A DNA stretch of 63,117 bases, filler included, from Folioceros fuciformis (Eukaryota): the NCBI GenBank assembly GCA_049999805.1. It is 6 parts of 6 records of this genome, joined end to end, with 100 filler letters (N's around TTAATTAATTAA, not from the genome) between each part and the next. Parts side by side here need not be neighbours in the genome. Positions count along the whole stretch, not along the records: positions 17,212 to 40,246 come from JBNGIO010004421.1; positions 40,347 to 49,066 come from JBNGIO010004423.1; positions 49,167 to 55,297 come from JBNGIO010004424.1; 3 more parts are not named here. One strand, 5' to 3'. This document shows, one piece after another, positions 34,366 through 49,990 of this stretch (positions within the stretch are counted from its first letter, which is position 1; the number at the start of each line of letters is the position of its first letter). The translations under genes and the position numbers were made by a program. The notes beneath the pieces were generated by a model. It saw nothing but the letters and a program-made list of their open reading frames with translations, did no database searches and had not been told where the DNA came from.

Positions 34366-37164
34366 TCACGGTCGACCCTTACAACTGCAAGAACCAGCCG
34401 TGAATCGATGCACACGATACCCATCCCTTACAACAATGTCTCTCTGTTCAAGCTTTGACATGATCTCCGTTGAACTGTGGCAGTCACCGCACATGCGTAG
34501 ATTCTTCGTTACCACCAGAGGGGTACCACTTGGAGTGTGTAAGAGACCAAAAGCCAGAGCTAGCTTCTCAGCATGCCCACAAAGCGCATCTTCCTTTTCC
34601 TTTTCACAAACTGGCTTCAATACCAGCTTTGTGTGAGGTGTGTGGCCTCCCTCGTGCTTCAGACGTGCATTCATGCTCTCTACCTTAATCGCAATATCCT
34701 CCCTTCGTTCTCCCACCAAAAACCTATGTACGTGCTTGTTTACCTCGATAGTCGCCACAGCAGGTTTCTTGTTAGCTCCTGCTACCATTCTCTGTGATTC
34801 AATCCTGTCTACATCAGTCCACCTACCAGCATCTGCGTAGGCATTGGCCATGAGCACATATGCAGCTGCCCGTTGAGGTTCCAGTCTAACAAGGCTTTCA
34901 AAACACCAGATTGCTCTCTCTATATCCCCGTGACTTTTGCACGCATTCAGCATAGATGTCAATCCCACAACATTACTTTGGCCCTGGCATGAGGAAAGCA
35001 TCTTCTCTGCCTCATCTAAATGGCCCGCACGCCCAAGAAGATCAATCATGCAATTGTAATGCTCAGTAGAGGGTCTGATGCCGTGCTGTTCAGCAATGGA
35101 CCCGAAGAGCTTACGACCCTCATCCACCAGTCCCTCATGACCGCATGCTACTAGTAGGCTAGTGAAAGTAGCACCATCAGGCTGCATACCAGCAACTAAC
35201 ATCTCCTCAAAACAAGTTAGTGCTCTGTGACCATCGTCACAAGTACCATACCCGGCTATCAGAGCATTCCATGTCACCACATCCTTTGTGGCCATGCTGT
35301 CAAAAACCTGACGTGCATCTTTCAGTTTCCCACATTTTGCATACATGTCTACCAGGCCGTTCCCCACCTGCACATTATCCAACAGTCCTCGTTCGATGAT
35401 TAGTGAGTGCAGCTGTCTGCCCATCTGTAAGGCGCCCGTGCTTGCACACGCCTTTAGAATGCAAGCAAAAGTAGCATGGGTAGCTAAAATGAGGCCCTCT
35501 TCCTCCATTAGTCCATACAGAACAAGTGCCTCGTGGCCAAGCCCTTGCTCAGCATACCCAGCTATCAGGGCATTCCATGTCACCACATTCTTTGTGTTCA
35601 TGCTGTCAAAAACGCGGTGTGCATCTTTCAGTTCACCACATTTTGAGTACATGTCCACCAGGCAGGTGCCCACCAGTACATTGTCCAGCAGTCCTCTTTT
35701 GACAATAAGTGAATGCAGCTGCCTGCCCTTTTGCAAGGCACCAGCGCTTGCACAGGCCTTCAGAAGGCAAGCAAAAGTAACATCATTAGCCACAATGAGG
35801 CCTTCTTGCTCCATTTGTCCATACACAACAAGAGCCTCTTGGCCAAGCCCTTGCTCGGCATACCCAGCTATCAGGGCGGTCCATGTCACCACATTTTTTC
35901 TTTCCAAGCTGTCAAAAACCTGGCGTGCATCCTCTAATTGACCACATTTTGCGTACATGTCCACCAGGCAAGTGCCCACCACAGCGTTATCCAGAAGTCC
36001 TCTTTCAACAATTCGTGAGTGCAGCTGCCGGCCCTGCTGTAAGGCGCCAATGCTTGCACAGGCCTTCAGAAGGCAAGTAAAAGTAACATGGTTCGCCATC
36101 AGGCCTTCCCGCTCCATTAGTCCATACACAAGAAGTGCCTCTTGTCCAAGACCTTGCTGGGAATACCCAGCAATCAGCACGGTCCACGACACTACATCCT
36201 TTTCGGCCATGCTGTCAAAAACCCGGCGTGCATCTTTCATTTCGCCACATTTTGCATACATGTCCACTAGGCAGTTGCCAACAAAAAAATTAGTAGGAAT
36301 ACGACTCTGAACCACATCAGAATGCACTGTTCTGCCGGCTTCCAAGTCGGCGGCTAATGCACAAGCTTGGAGGGCAGCTACGAAGACGTGTGCATCCATC
36401 TTCACCCCTGACCTACGCATCTCATGGTAGAGTTGTATGGCCTCATTAGGTTTCCCATGCTTGGCGTATGCAGAGATTATGGAAGACCACATGAAGGCAT
36501 CCGGCTTGCCCACCCTGGTGAGCACATCAAGGGCCTCCTCCAGCCTGCCTCCACATGCATACATGCGCAAGATATGGTTCCCCAGGTATGCATTTGACTC
36601 GTACCCAAGTTTGACAGCTATATCATGAATTCGTCGTCCAACAACCAAATCCTTCTTAGCTGTACACAGTTTCAGTACAGAGCAAAACAGAGCCTGAGGA
36701 ATACCGGAGTCTGCCTGTGCCAAAGCTTCCAGGGCCCCAACGGCCTCACATAGCTTCCCCTGCTGACATAACATGCTCACAGTTCCAGCAGTTACCACGT
36801 CCATTTCCGATCCTGCACGTCTCCCAGGAGAGCTCCACTTGGAAGTAGAAGCATCCTGACCCGTGTGCACATCCAAGGGGATCAGCTGCTCATCAAACCT
36901 AGCTGGCTTGAACTTCTTTAACGATAGGACCTCGTCGGTTCCTTTCTGATCCCGGCGACGATCAGGGTTGGAAAACCCGTCCCAACGCACGCAGTTTCTC
37001 CCAAGGGAAAGTGCTGAGCTCCTTACACTGCTCCACCTGGAGCCATGGTTGTTTGCCAAAGGTCGACTCTCTGAAGTGAGGAGAGTGGAACCTCCATGTA
37101 CAATTCCTCTACACACAGCAATTTGTTGAGTCCACAACGGGTCAGGTTGCCACACTGTGGCCAT
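34366..37164 (-). CDS. PLS-class PPR protein with DYW:KP-type domain (ends GRP); PDF-like motif deleted
   Basis: 932-aa intronless ORF; KKPAVATIEV, HAEKLA, CGDCH, CSCKGRP. Confidence 0.95.
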   Translation of the reverse strand: MATVWQPDPLWTQQIAVCRGIVHGGSTLLTSESRPLANNHGSRWSSVRSSALSLGRNCVRWDGFSNPDRRRDQKGTDEVLSLKKFKPARFDEQLIPLDVHTGQDASTSKWSSPGRRAGSEMDVVTAGTVSMLCQQGKLCEAVGALEALAQADSGIPQALFCSVLKLCTAKKDLVVGRRIHDIAVKLGYESNAYLGNHILRMYACGGRLEEALDVLTRVGKPDAFMWSSIISAYAKHGKPNEAIQLYHEMRRSGVKMDAHVFVAALQACALAADLEAGRTVHSDVVQSRIPTNFFVGNCLVDMYAKCGEMKDARRVFDSMAEKDVVSWTVLIAGYSQQGLGQEALLVYGLMEREGLMANHVTFTCLLKACASIGALQQGRQLHSRIVERGLLDNAVVGTCLVDMYAKCGQLEDARQVFDSLERKNVVTWTALIAGYAEQGLGQEALVVYGQMEQEGLIVANDVTFACLLKACASAGALQKGRQLHSLIVKRGLLDNVLVGTCLVDMYSKCGELKDAHRVFDSMNTKNVVTWNALIAGYAEQGLGHEALVLYGLMEEEGLILATHATFACILKACASTGALQMGRQLHSLIIERGLLDNVQVGNGLVDMYAKCGKLKDARQVFDSMATKDVVTWNALIAGYGTCDDGHRALTCFEEMLVAGMQPDGATFTSLLVACGHEGLVDEGRKLFGSIAEQHGIRPSTEHYNCMIDLLGRAGHLDEAEKMLSSCQGQSNVVGLTSMLNACKSHGDIERAIWCFESLVRLEPQRAAAYVLMANAYADAGRWTDVDRIESQRMVAGANKKPAVATIEVNKHVHRFLVGERREDIAIKVESMNARLKHEGGHTPHTKLVLKPVCEKEKEDALCGHAEKLALAFGLLHTPSGTPLVVTKNLRMCGDCHSSTEIMSKLEQRDIVVRDGYRVHRFTAGSCSCKGRP

Positions 37165-37715
37165 CCTTCAGGGACCACTACCGGAAGATGAGCATAACAA
37201 CATAGTGTGCCAGGCTGCCGATGTAAATGGAGTACCGTGTCTCACCCAAATCAGACGGAGCCTGACTCAGGCTCCGGTGTACATAAAGTACTGCGTATCA
37301 CCAAATCAGACAGGGGCAGCCTTCGATGAGTCGAACAGAGTCAGCCGCTTTCACATCGATACCGATAGCCATCCCACATGTAGATCCATCACCTACAGTC
37401 ATCCAACGGGCATATGCACATACAGGTTGGAAGGCGAGGGAAGGTAAGCCACGCCATCATCCGGTTGAGGTTGAGACCCCGTTGCGTTCTACTTTTATAT
37501 TGCAAATGCGTTATTGCAAGGTCACGGGACGACAATGCTGGGTAAGAATCATCCCCAGCGTCAAATGTCTACGGGCTGATGTAGTGACAGGCGCTTCCAC
37601 AATGGTGGTAAGGACGCTGTCATCTTAAGTCACACTAGTGTACCTATTTACAGCCACAGGCCACTCGAATCGCAAGGCTTGGTTGGTGCATGCTCCTAGA
37701 ATCTCGAAACAAATG

Positions 37716-40130
37716 TCAGGGCAAAACGCTTGTCAGGTAGTGAGGCAAACCCATCTCCTCCAGAGGAATTCCAAACTCTGCCAGCTTGGCCTCAAAGGCT
37801 TTGACAACATCATTGTGTGCCTGTTGGTGTGAATCAATAGCGAGGATCAATGAAGGAGCTGACGAGCGTGAGAAAGGTTCGAATGCATTCGGTTTTAGGT
37901 CTGTGCTTGCCTTGGTAACCTTGCCGATGTCGTAAAGGAGAGACCTGATTTGCGAGTTCTTGGCTTCCAGCACGTTTTCGATGTCACCAAGCATGCCAGG
38001 TTCAAGTTTTGCCTTCTTCAATGCTTCACCCAGTTGTAATTCCTGCTTGGAGTTATCAACCTTGTAAGTCATATGAGAGGATATTCCAGCTTGACTGTAC
38101 CGAGCACGTGATGCGGTGGTGTTTTTACCTTCGACTCAAGCTTTTCTCCAAGGACCTGCACTTTTCGTTGCAACAGCATACTCTTGAGTCCGCACTTCTG
38201 TTGCACTTCAAAAATGCTGTTCTCGAATCGTGCATGAAGTTCATTCCGCTCTGCTGTCACCTGATTCAAAGGACCAGGGAAGTATCAAGCACTGATGAGT
38301 TCTGGGATGCGATGTGAGGACCCTGTGCTGCAGCCCCTCCTTTTACCTGATCGAACTTTTCTTGAAGAACAGCCATCTCCCATTCAAGGTTCTTCGCCTG
38401 CTTGATGGTGTCTAGTAGCTGCACTCTAGTCTGGTGAAGCTGCTTCTTATCCTGTCCAAAGCAGACTCATGAGCTAAATGCTCACCTGTTCATTGTTAAA
38501 CTAGTACTAGCTCCCTCCAGAAAGCTGCATGTACCTTTTCATGATCGACCAACTGTTTCCTGAGCGTCTCAACTTCCCTCAGAGCTTTAGACAAAGGCTC
38601 CGTCAGCCTCTTGTTCTCTTGAGCAATTTCGTACATAAGCTTCTCATTCGCTGCCTCCTTCTTCTTCATGTCAGTCACATCTTCCTGGCCACGCGTAAGA
38701 CAGTGGGTCAGCTGCAAGGCCTCACTAGACACACTGTTATAAGAAAGCATCCTGAAAGAAGAATAGCACCTTCAGAGTCTTGATAAGATCAAGATTATTA
38801 TGGGTGATATCGTTGTAGTAGCATTTGATCTCTGTAAAAGCCTCTTCATGTTTCCTCATCAAGTCATTGATATGAACGTTCTTCCTTTCCTCTATCTCGA
38901 GGATCTCATTCTTACGTCGTAGATCTGCTTCCTCCCTCAAGATCCTCATCTGCTTCGAGGCACCTTTCTCAGACTCCCTTTCAGGTTACAATAAAATACA
39001 TTAAAAAAAAGTGCAGCATCTTACCTGTTTGTCACACTTCTGCACCAACTCCTTTGACGCCACTTCAAACTCTTGTCTCATTTTAGTTATCTCTTTGGCG
39101 TTATCCTGTCAAATAAAATCACCCTGCACATGATCAAATATCTGTACTCAACTTTAATCTACGCCTACTTATTCTAGAGCATCCGTTGCAAGATTTCGAT
39201 ACCAGCTTGAATTGCCTAATTGTTTCATCGTACGACACCTCCAACTCTTTATTTTTTTCCTTCAGGGCCCGTTTGTCTATCCTGCATTTTGTGCCCCAGA
39301 ACTGCATCAGAGCAGTGCAAGCAGTTAGACCTCCTGTTCTCTGATCCCCACACATGAACTAAGACAAACTCTAGCTACGAAATAGAGGATGCAACATCTG
39401 CAATAAATCACAACAAGAGCTGGACATGAGACATACAAGTGTTCTTGTTCACGCTTTGCAGCCAATTCCCTTTGCACCTTCAGAGCCACTTCGTGCTCTG
39501 TTTTAAGTGCAGCTATTGTATGTTGTTGCTCGAACAATAGATGCTTCATCTTCTGGTTGTAGACCTGCGAATGAATTCCAGGAAGCCTCAAGCTTCCCGA
39601 ATTTTCTTTTTGAAGGGGCCACCCATGGTCTCAACAGTGAAAGGAGAACTTTCGTACCTTCGATTCAACCTGTTGCTGTTCCTCCATACGCTCCAGCTCA
39701 CGCTCTCGATTTCTGACATCTGCTTGTAAATTTTCATTCTCTTTCTTCGTGATCTCCCAGAANNNNNNNNNNNNNNNNNNNNNNNNNNNNNNNNNNNNNN
39801 NNNNNNNNNNNNNNNNNNNNNNNNNNNNNNNNNNNNNNNNNNNNNNNNNNNNNNNNNNNNNNGAACAATCGTACAGATGCCACATTCATCACCTCCGTGA
39901 AAGTGCGACAGTCGGAGCCTGTGAATTGACGAAGATTGAACGATTGCTCATTTCCTCACCCTTTCAAGTTGCATGTAATTCCTGTCCTGTTCCTCTTTGG
40001 TCTTCTCGGTGGTGAGATTCGCAATTTTCAAATTTAGCTCTTTAGGAGTCGGTCCTTTGGGGCCATCATCCTTCTTCTTGCCCTTCCCTTTCTTCCCCTT
40101 TCCCTTCTTCCCATCCCTTTTGGGCCCCAT
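37716..40130 (-). CDS. GAS8: Dynein regulatory complex subunit 4 / growth arrest-specific 8, multi-exon, crosses an N gap
   Basis: MGPK..KKGKGKK N-terminus, [104 protein letters not shown]. Confidence 0.93.
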
Positions 40131-42026
40131 TATTGCAAAAGCCGCTCCTCGCGCACCGCAGGCGGATCAAGAAGAAAGATTTGTCGGCAACCAGAAACAA
40201 ATTGCTGGCAAGCACCAAATTCGTTGAAATCGGACTCCTGGGATGCNNNNNNNNNNNNNNNNNNNNNNNNNNNNNNNNNNNNNNNNNNNNTTAATTAATT
40301 AANNNNNNNNNNNNNNNNNNNNNNNNNNNNNNNNNNNNNNNNNNNNCATAAGACCACCATGTATAAAGGTAAGACCACCATGTATGAAGGTATTAATGGA
40401 ATCTCATATCAACATGAGGGAATCGAATGGATCTACCTAGTTTTGGGGTCTAATATCAAGATCAGGGAGTCGAATGGATTTGCCTAGCATGGGGATTGCT
40501 AATGCTGCTTACCTTGTGCTATGTAATGATAATCCATATACCACTCACCCCTGTTGATGACATAAATAAGAGATAATTTTTTCGTTAAAATATTGATTCC
40601 TTATCCTTGTACTAAGAAGAATACTAACTTAGACGATGTGAACTTAACTTAACTTCACTTAGACTTACGTTGATTGTGATTTCTAGTGGCAATAAAAAAA
40701 TATGTATATGTGGTACCATTCATAGCTCCAATTCCACATTCCTTTGTGTGATTGTAACTTTAACATGAAGAATGAATATTTTTATTAAAATATAAATAAA
40801 AAAATCCCATATAATCCAAAGATGGCCTTTGGCCCCGCCNNNNNNNNNNNNNNNNNNNNNNNNNNNNNNNNNNNNNNNNNNNNNNNNNNNNNNNNNNNNN
40901 NNNNNNNNNNNNNNNNNNNNNNNNNNNNNNNNNNNNNNNGTACTACGCCACTTCCGCACATAGCTCACCGAACACCGATGCTCGTCTCTTCCGACCCGAA
41001 AAGACGCAGGTCAATCCGGCTAAGACAATCATGGTACTCTATGGTACCTTATGCTTTCTAACTAAATAGAGAGGACGAGATGCTTCAAAACAATGGTTTC
41101 AACTCAATTTGGAGACATGGTGGCAACTTTCCACAACAAGAACGGGCCTAATCTTCTGACGACAGCGCTAAGGAGAGGAAGGCTGGTGACATCGACCAGA
41201 ACCTCTCATCTTCTCGGACAGTCATTTCCCTCCGATTTCACGTCTCTCACATCTTCATGTTTCCCTCCGAGTTCGTCGATAATCACATTCCCTCCGGCCG
41301 TCATGAATTTACTCTCCACGCATACTAGAACACAAATAACTCACACATTACTTTCGACAAATACAACTGGTCTAGGAAGACGTAGCATACGCTGTGATGT
41401 AATATGGTCTCTCATCAGAGTGGAAGTTATCACAAGCTATGCATCGTCGAAGGGTGACATACTCAGCACTTCGTACCACCTTCATGGAGACCTACATACA
41501 AAAATCTACTTCTTCTCGCTTCACCACACTACATGTTTCATCCGACAGGTTGCGCTGGATGGGGCAAAAGTTAATTCGAACGCAAACATGGCTACGGTGC
41601 TTTCAGGAATTCAAAGTTCAGCATGGGTCAGTCGGGAAAGACATGGCGAGTAGGCTAAGAACCATCCCAGGAGCAGCACAACGAGGTAAGACAGCTTGGG
41701 TCAATAGGGGTACAGAGCTTTTCACCTTCTGCAGTAGCCTAGGCCGCCAACTTGATTCCAACGTACGAATACCCGGCAAGAGAAGAGAGCTTCTACCCCC
41801 ATGTGGAAAAACATTAAAACACCAGGAAGCACGACACCTGAAGCTGGCAAGTTAATGGGGAAAAATCCAGGCTGTGACCCGCAGAGAAGCCTTATTGTTG
41901 AAGCGGACAACTAGACCGAGAACGCAGAAACACTTGTGACATCCTGCAGGGAGATGCAGCCACGTCTTGACAGCAGATATTCCCTTGCCGGACGTCAACT
42001 GTACTGGACATGCCCTCGGGAAGATG

Positions 42027-45740
<3,714 letters not shown>

Positions 45741-48700
45741 AGCTCTGTTGCCAGGGGCCGGAGCCGACAGCGCAGTAGCAGCGTCGATCGAAGTGCGGCG
45801 GGAAGAGCGGGCTCAAAAGCAGGCTGGTTCAGTCTCTTAAGGAGGCATTGAACCACATCTTTCTCTTCTTTCCCTCCCCACAGGAAACAAGCATTGGAGC
45901 AACGTTTTGCGTGAGGGCCACAGAAGCCTCCCATCCTAGACGATCGCACGATTATGTGGCTCAGCAAGTGTCCACCTGCTTAGGTGATCGGTTCGGGGAA
46001 GCAAGTACGAGTACATACGCAAGTCCCATTAAATATATAATTTTTCCGTTATTATGCACTGTACATGTGGACATATTCAACCACACAAAGTGTAACGTGG
46101 TGGGAAGATTATACACACGCAGACGCCACGTGCTACCGAATGCGCCTGTGATGTCGTCTTGGCACGCCTCGGCCAGCAGCCCACGGCGCACATGCTCCAT
46201 TTCCCACAGACATGTTGGTGAACCTTGTCCGCAACTTAATGTGGTTGGGGAGCGAGTACGGCATCAATTGCTGGGACTGGCCAGCGGCTGAACTTCAATC
46301 TGCGGTGTCTGCTGGGATCCCATTTCGCACACACACTTGAAGGGCGTTACACGTTACCCCCCACCCCGGCGCGGCCCTCCTTTCTGGGACGGAAGGACAC
46401 GCCCGCTCACAACCAGCCCCCCTTGCTGGGTTCCCAACATAACGTGTTGTTTCTTTTCACTGAGCTTTACGACTTTTACGCCTCCAACTCCCCGCAACCA
46501 GTTGGTTGTGCCATGGGAGTGGTTCCCTCAGCACATAAGATATAAATGCATCGTCATTAGTCGATTCTCATATTCAATTGTACTTCTCAACAATGGTGCC
46601 TAAAAAGGAGGATTCCATTACTACTCTAGTAGTATGGACTAGTCGCAGCCATACTACATCTTAATCGTCATAGTAGATGAATCTCCTATGTACGTTTCCA
46701 TGAGTTCTACAACTACTTCCGAGGTTTGATGATTTTATCATATATCACGAGTTGGTGCAACGAATCTGTAATCAAAGCATTGGCTTTGAATTGATCTCGC
46801 TCTAGAGGTATCTTGTACATGAAACATGACCTAGTTTGTCCCTAGTAGGTGGAAGATACAGAAGAGTGCACCATTGTCAGGGATAGGGTATCATTTTGAT
46901 CGCGCACGGAGCTCAATCTCAATCGTTGCAAGTGGAAAAAGGAGCTTGGTGAGAAGCCTAGTCCTTAGTCTTGGTCCCAATTTTTTTCAAGGGTAGATGA
47001 TTCTAAACAAGCCCGTTATATAATTGGTATGGCCATATAGTTATATACTCTATAGAACCATACGTTTATAANNNNNNNNNNNNNNNNNNNNNNNNNNNNN
47101 NNNNNNNNNNNNNNNNNNNNNNNNNNNNNNNNNNNNNNNNNNNNNNNNNNNNNNNNNNNNNNNNNNNNNNNTAGTTATATACTCTATAGAACCATACGTT
47201 TATAATTGGTATAGCTACATAATCACTTACTTCATGGACGCATTGGCCCATAACTTAATTTATCAGGCAATAGTCAAACAAGCCAACTATGTTAACAGAA
47301 ACAAGATGAAAAAGATAAGAATCTGGAATGAAGAATGGAAAAAGATAAGAATCTGGAATAAAGAATGGAAGTTTGGTGGAGTTGTGCTTGTTGAGATGGA
47401 AGACTAGACATGTGCTTGTTGAGATGGAAGATTAGACATGCTTCAATAACTGAAAACAACAGCACGTTGAAATGGAAGATTAAACATGCTTCAATAACTG
47501 AAAACAACAGCACTTAGCAAGTGCTTAGAATTAGGAAATTAAGCACAGCTAAATAAGACTCTAAAATATAAAAGAAAAATAAATAAGATATAATAACACA
47601 ACCACTAAGATGTTCAAATTAAGCCTATTCTAATGAGCTTAAGTTTGCCTTGTATGGGCCTATAGGGGAACTCATGTTCCCTACACAATATGGGGCATAT
47701 ATATCTCCTCGCTTATCTGAGCAACTTAATCATGACTTACCCTCAATCATCAACCACAATAAACTTCTTATTTTAAAATCATCAAACTCAATAAGCTGCA
47801 TCTTCAATAGTGCTCAATCAGTGGAGAGAATCGAATATTTTCTATTGTTTGTAAAAAACATGATTATGATACAAGTAAGAAAAAAAGATACAAGTAAGAA
47901 AAAAAGAAGAAATAATTGCGGCTCATGCATAGGTAAAGTTGGTAGGCATAACTTCCAGAAGAATGCATACGAAGACTATGCAAATAGCACATACCATATA
48001 GCATAATTGAAGATGGACCAACCTTGAGCTAATACTCAACAACCAACCATGCAACAAAGTATAACAATGTATTTTTCTATGAATGATGAGATTTTCAACT
48101 TATTAAAGTTCATATATTTTATTGCTTCAAAAGATTAGAGTTTCCATTTAAGTAAAAAGCTTTCCAAAAGTCAAGACAATATGGTATATACGTTACAGAT
48201 AGTTCCTACAAGGAGTATTTGGTTCTCATAGCTAATTTTTATGTGAACAACAAAAGAAGAAGTTGCGTAGAAGTCTATGGTTTGGTATATTCACAGAGAA
48301 AAAAGAGAGATAGACAATGATGCAACTATGGAGTTCACATGGTAGGAAGGTCCCCTAGAAAAATGGTATTGTTTGTTTTTTTTTTTTGTTAAGTTTCGTG
48401 GAGTGGTATGGGTAGAAGTCGAGGGATAAGGAATTAATTAGGTAAAGTCTTGTCTAGGTTGGTGCGTGCAATAGTCCAGGTGGGTTGCTAGTCTAGGTCA
48501 GAGTCATGGTGGGTGAGCAATGATCCTTGGGGAGAACCAAGAAGCAGGAAGCCAACCCGCAACAACTAAGTCCCAATGGGTGAGAAAGACTTCAGCCACA
48601 GTTGTAGGCATAAGTGGGTTGGCTTGTATAAGGTTTCGTAGCCCAAGGTGGAAGGTGCGGGGGTTCCATCAGGATGAGCACGAGGTTGGATCCGGGCTAG

Positions 48701-49990
48701 GGTTCCAGTTAGTTGCGGCTAGAGGCAAGCCGGCAGGCGGGTGGGTGCTGCAGTTTCCTTTCAGCTGTAGTGTTGGCCGATGCTTGGAGTTAAGAGTGAA
48801 GGCTAAAGTTGGAGCTGAAGCTTCCTTTCAACCGGCGAGAAGGCTGGAACTTAGAGCTGAGAGTTGGAGGCTGGGCCTGGCGCTGAAGTCTCCTTTTACC
48901 CACTGAGGTGACTAGTACTAGGAGCTAGGAGTGGAAGCCATAATAGATGTTGAAGTTTCCTTTCAACTACAAAGGTAGTTAGTATTAAGAGTAGAGTTAT
49001 GGGGTCTGACCTAACCGATGTAGCCCTATTAAGGTTAGGTAAGTGCAGATAGATACTATCAGGATANNNNNNNNNNNNNNNNNNNNNNNNNNNNNNNNNN
49101 NNNNNNNNNNTTAATTAATTAANNNNNNNNNNNNNNNNNNNNNNNNNNNNNNNNNNNNNNNNNNNNTGACAAATGCTCATGTCTTTTGACAACTGCCAAT
49201 GTACTTGACGTCCACGCATGAATGAGTCAAAGCGTGCACACCTTTCATTCCCTTTTGCGGTAGTCTTACGTAATAATGTCCGAACGTACATACCTTTCAT
49301 TCCCTTTTGCGGTGGTCTTACATAACAATGACCAAACGTACATACATCCGTGTGTACTTCAAGTCAAACTTGCACGTGCAAAGCTAAGTAATATGGACTA
49401 CAGTCAGTCACTACGTACAATCTCTCTCTTCTTTGCGTAGCAAGTTGTACGATCTCTCTTCTTTATAACAAGCTGTACGATCTCTCTTCTTTGTGTAGCG
49501 AGTTGGAACATGCCTTGCCTTTCAATATGGTAGAATCATCTTCTCTTCACTTGTTCATGCATAGTTAGTGTAAATGAAATGTCTCGTATTTGGTGACAAT
49601 AGAATCACCTTCTCTTTACATATTCATGCATGATTAACCTAAGTGGAATGTCTTGCATTTGATGATGGAAGAATCACCTTCTCTTTGCAATAAAAATGTT
49701 GGAATTAAGAAGTAATTAAAGTACTTACTATGTTAAATTACACAAACGTACCTAATTGCAACTTCTTTTAAGAGATGTTAATATGAGACTTTTCCTATTG
49801 GCTCGTCATTTAATACATTTGTTACAATGAGTCTTTCGTCAAAGCTATTACACCTTTGGCTACCTTGTAAGACTTTATAGGCCAAAGGGGAACTTGTAAT
49901 ATAGAAGAGAAGTGGTAAGAGAACTTGTAACCAAATAAAGTAATCTCTTGTGGGAGAGGGGCAACAATCCATAGACTGGACTATCAGGGC

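Noticed and set aside
25806-36628. Many antisense ORFs with repeated MSTR...SPHFAY peptides
   Set aside because: They are shadow frames of the PPR repeats on the opposite strand.
41093-41855. ORFs downstream of NADP-MDH as a gene
   Set aside because: No recognisable domain or consistent exon structure that I can support.
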